A stretch of DNA of 64,000 nucleotides from Lama glama (lineage: Eukaryota): NCBI GenBank assembly GCA_028534125.1, contig CM052818.1:8496001-8560000 (forward strand). Reading direction: 5' to 3'. How positions within the stretch are numbered: the stretch's first letter is position 1; each line of letters starts with the position of its first letter. Below are positions 63,030-64,000 of this stretch, one piece after another. Both the position numbers and the translations under genes were made by a program. The notes under the pieces were generated by a model. That model made no database searches, was not told the origin of the DNA, and saw only the letters and a list, made by a program, of their open reading frames with translations.

Positions 63030-63840
63030 GACAACAAAGGTTCATCATAGGAAAGTTTCTAATGTTAAAGGCAACTGGCTAAAAGAAAGAAAAAAGGAAC
63101 TTGAAAGAAACTGAAGACATTATCACTAATATGCTTACAAATATAAAAGATATTGTACCCATGAAAAATATAAAAGGACTATTTAAAGAATAGTAAAGAA
63201 ACCTGGAAACGACGTCATTATTTTTCATTTAGGAAAGCAAAAATTGAAGAGTCTGACGATAAACTGGAGGAAATCTTCCAGATCTAGCATAAAATAGAGA
63301 TGTTAAATGGAAGAGAAAAGGATAAGAAATTTAGATTAAACTAGAGGTTTAAAATCTAATTCCCCAGGATGACAGTGAAAAAAGGTCCCAAAATGTCATC
63401 TATGCCACAGGCCCAGAAAGAAACCATTCCAAAGTGGGACAGGACACTGGTGGGCTCCAGGAGAAAAAGGAACAGATGAGTCGCCAATGTTTCAGTGTTT
63501 TGGGAGGGATACTGAGAGGCTGACAGAAAAATGTAGAAATAATAATGATAGATACACAGGGGAAAGGGGGAAAAAAAGAAATTTTTAACATAGGAAAGGC
63601 AAAAGAAAGGAACTATGACCATAACAACCATAGGGCTCAACTGCAAAAAAAGCTAAGTCAGAACAATGAATTCTGGTCTAGCTTTAGTAGAGCTGACTGA
63701 GGAAGATGGAGGATGGGGAAAGGAAGGGTAAGTGTACTTCAGGGAAGAGGTGGTAAGACAGCTAAATCCTCACCTACCTTATCAAGAAACTAGTAGATAA
63801 AGTTTAAAATCAAAATGGTTTAAAAAAAAGTTGAAAGTAT
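63030..63840 (+). mobile_element. Ancient HAL1/L1M remnant
   Basis: gataaactggaggaaatcttccaga...ggaagagaaaaggataagaaatttag...attccccaggatgacagtgaa...caggcccagaaagaaaccattcca resembles HAL1 ORF1 and downstream region. Confidence 0.6.
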
Positions 63841-63849
63841 GTTGTTGAA

Positions 63850-64000
63850 CAATGAAATACCACTTTACACTCATCAGGAAGGCTATAATCAAAAAGATGG
63901 ATAACAACTAGTACAGGTAAAGAGATGAAATCAGAACTCTCACACATTGCTAGTAGGATTGTAAATGGTACAGCTGCTGTGTGAAACAGTTTGGCAGTTC
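63850..64000 (+). mobile_element. L1 ORF2 3' fragment, runs off window end
   Basis: caatgaaataccactttacactcatcaggaaggctataatcaaaaag...gtaaatggtacagctgctgtgtgaaacagtttggcagttc. Confidence 0.85.

Noticed and set aside
1..64000. CRISPR arrays, operons, rRNA or other prokaryotic/viral systems
   Set aside because: The sequence is a mammalian intron; no regularly spaced repeat-spacer arrays, long intact ORFs or rRNA similarity were seen.

Overview
Mammalian genomic DNA, AT-rich and repeat-rich. It is very probably from a camelid, judging by three tRNA-Ala-derived SINEs of the camelid type. The window lies inside EHBP1 on the minus strand. Three small coding exons (54692-54749, 47200-47295, 42071-42124) have canonical AG/GT boundaries and encode part of the N-terminal C2 domain (WQPDKLVVVWTRRSRRKSSK / AHSWQPGIKNPYRGVVVWPVPENIEITVTLFK / DPHAEEFEDKEWTFVIEN). 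Everything else is intron, carrying L1, HAL1-like, L2, MIR, MaLR LTR, hAT and Tc1/mariner remnants and microsatellites. Most notable: (1) a young, TSD-flanked, ORF1-only half-L1 whose 5' UTR and ORF1 join directly to the tail of ORF2 at an AG; (2) a tailless 3'-truncated U6 snRNA retrocopy with a 14-bp TSD; (3) a degenerate 0.6-1.1 kb palindrome at about 17.3-18.4 kb; (4) a tail-less internal L1 fragment inserted into the centre of a 17-bp palindrome beside a polypurine tract; (5) a candidate poison exon and an unexplained 193-codon antisense ORF. There are no prokaryote-type systems (CRISPR, operons). Repeat family names are recognised by eye, not from a database search, and repeat boundaries are approximate unless a TSD is given.
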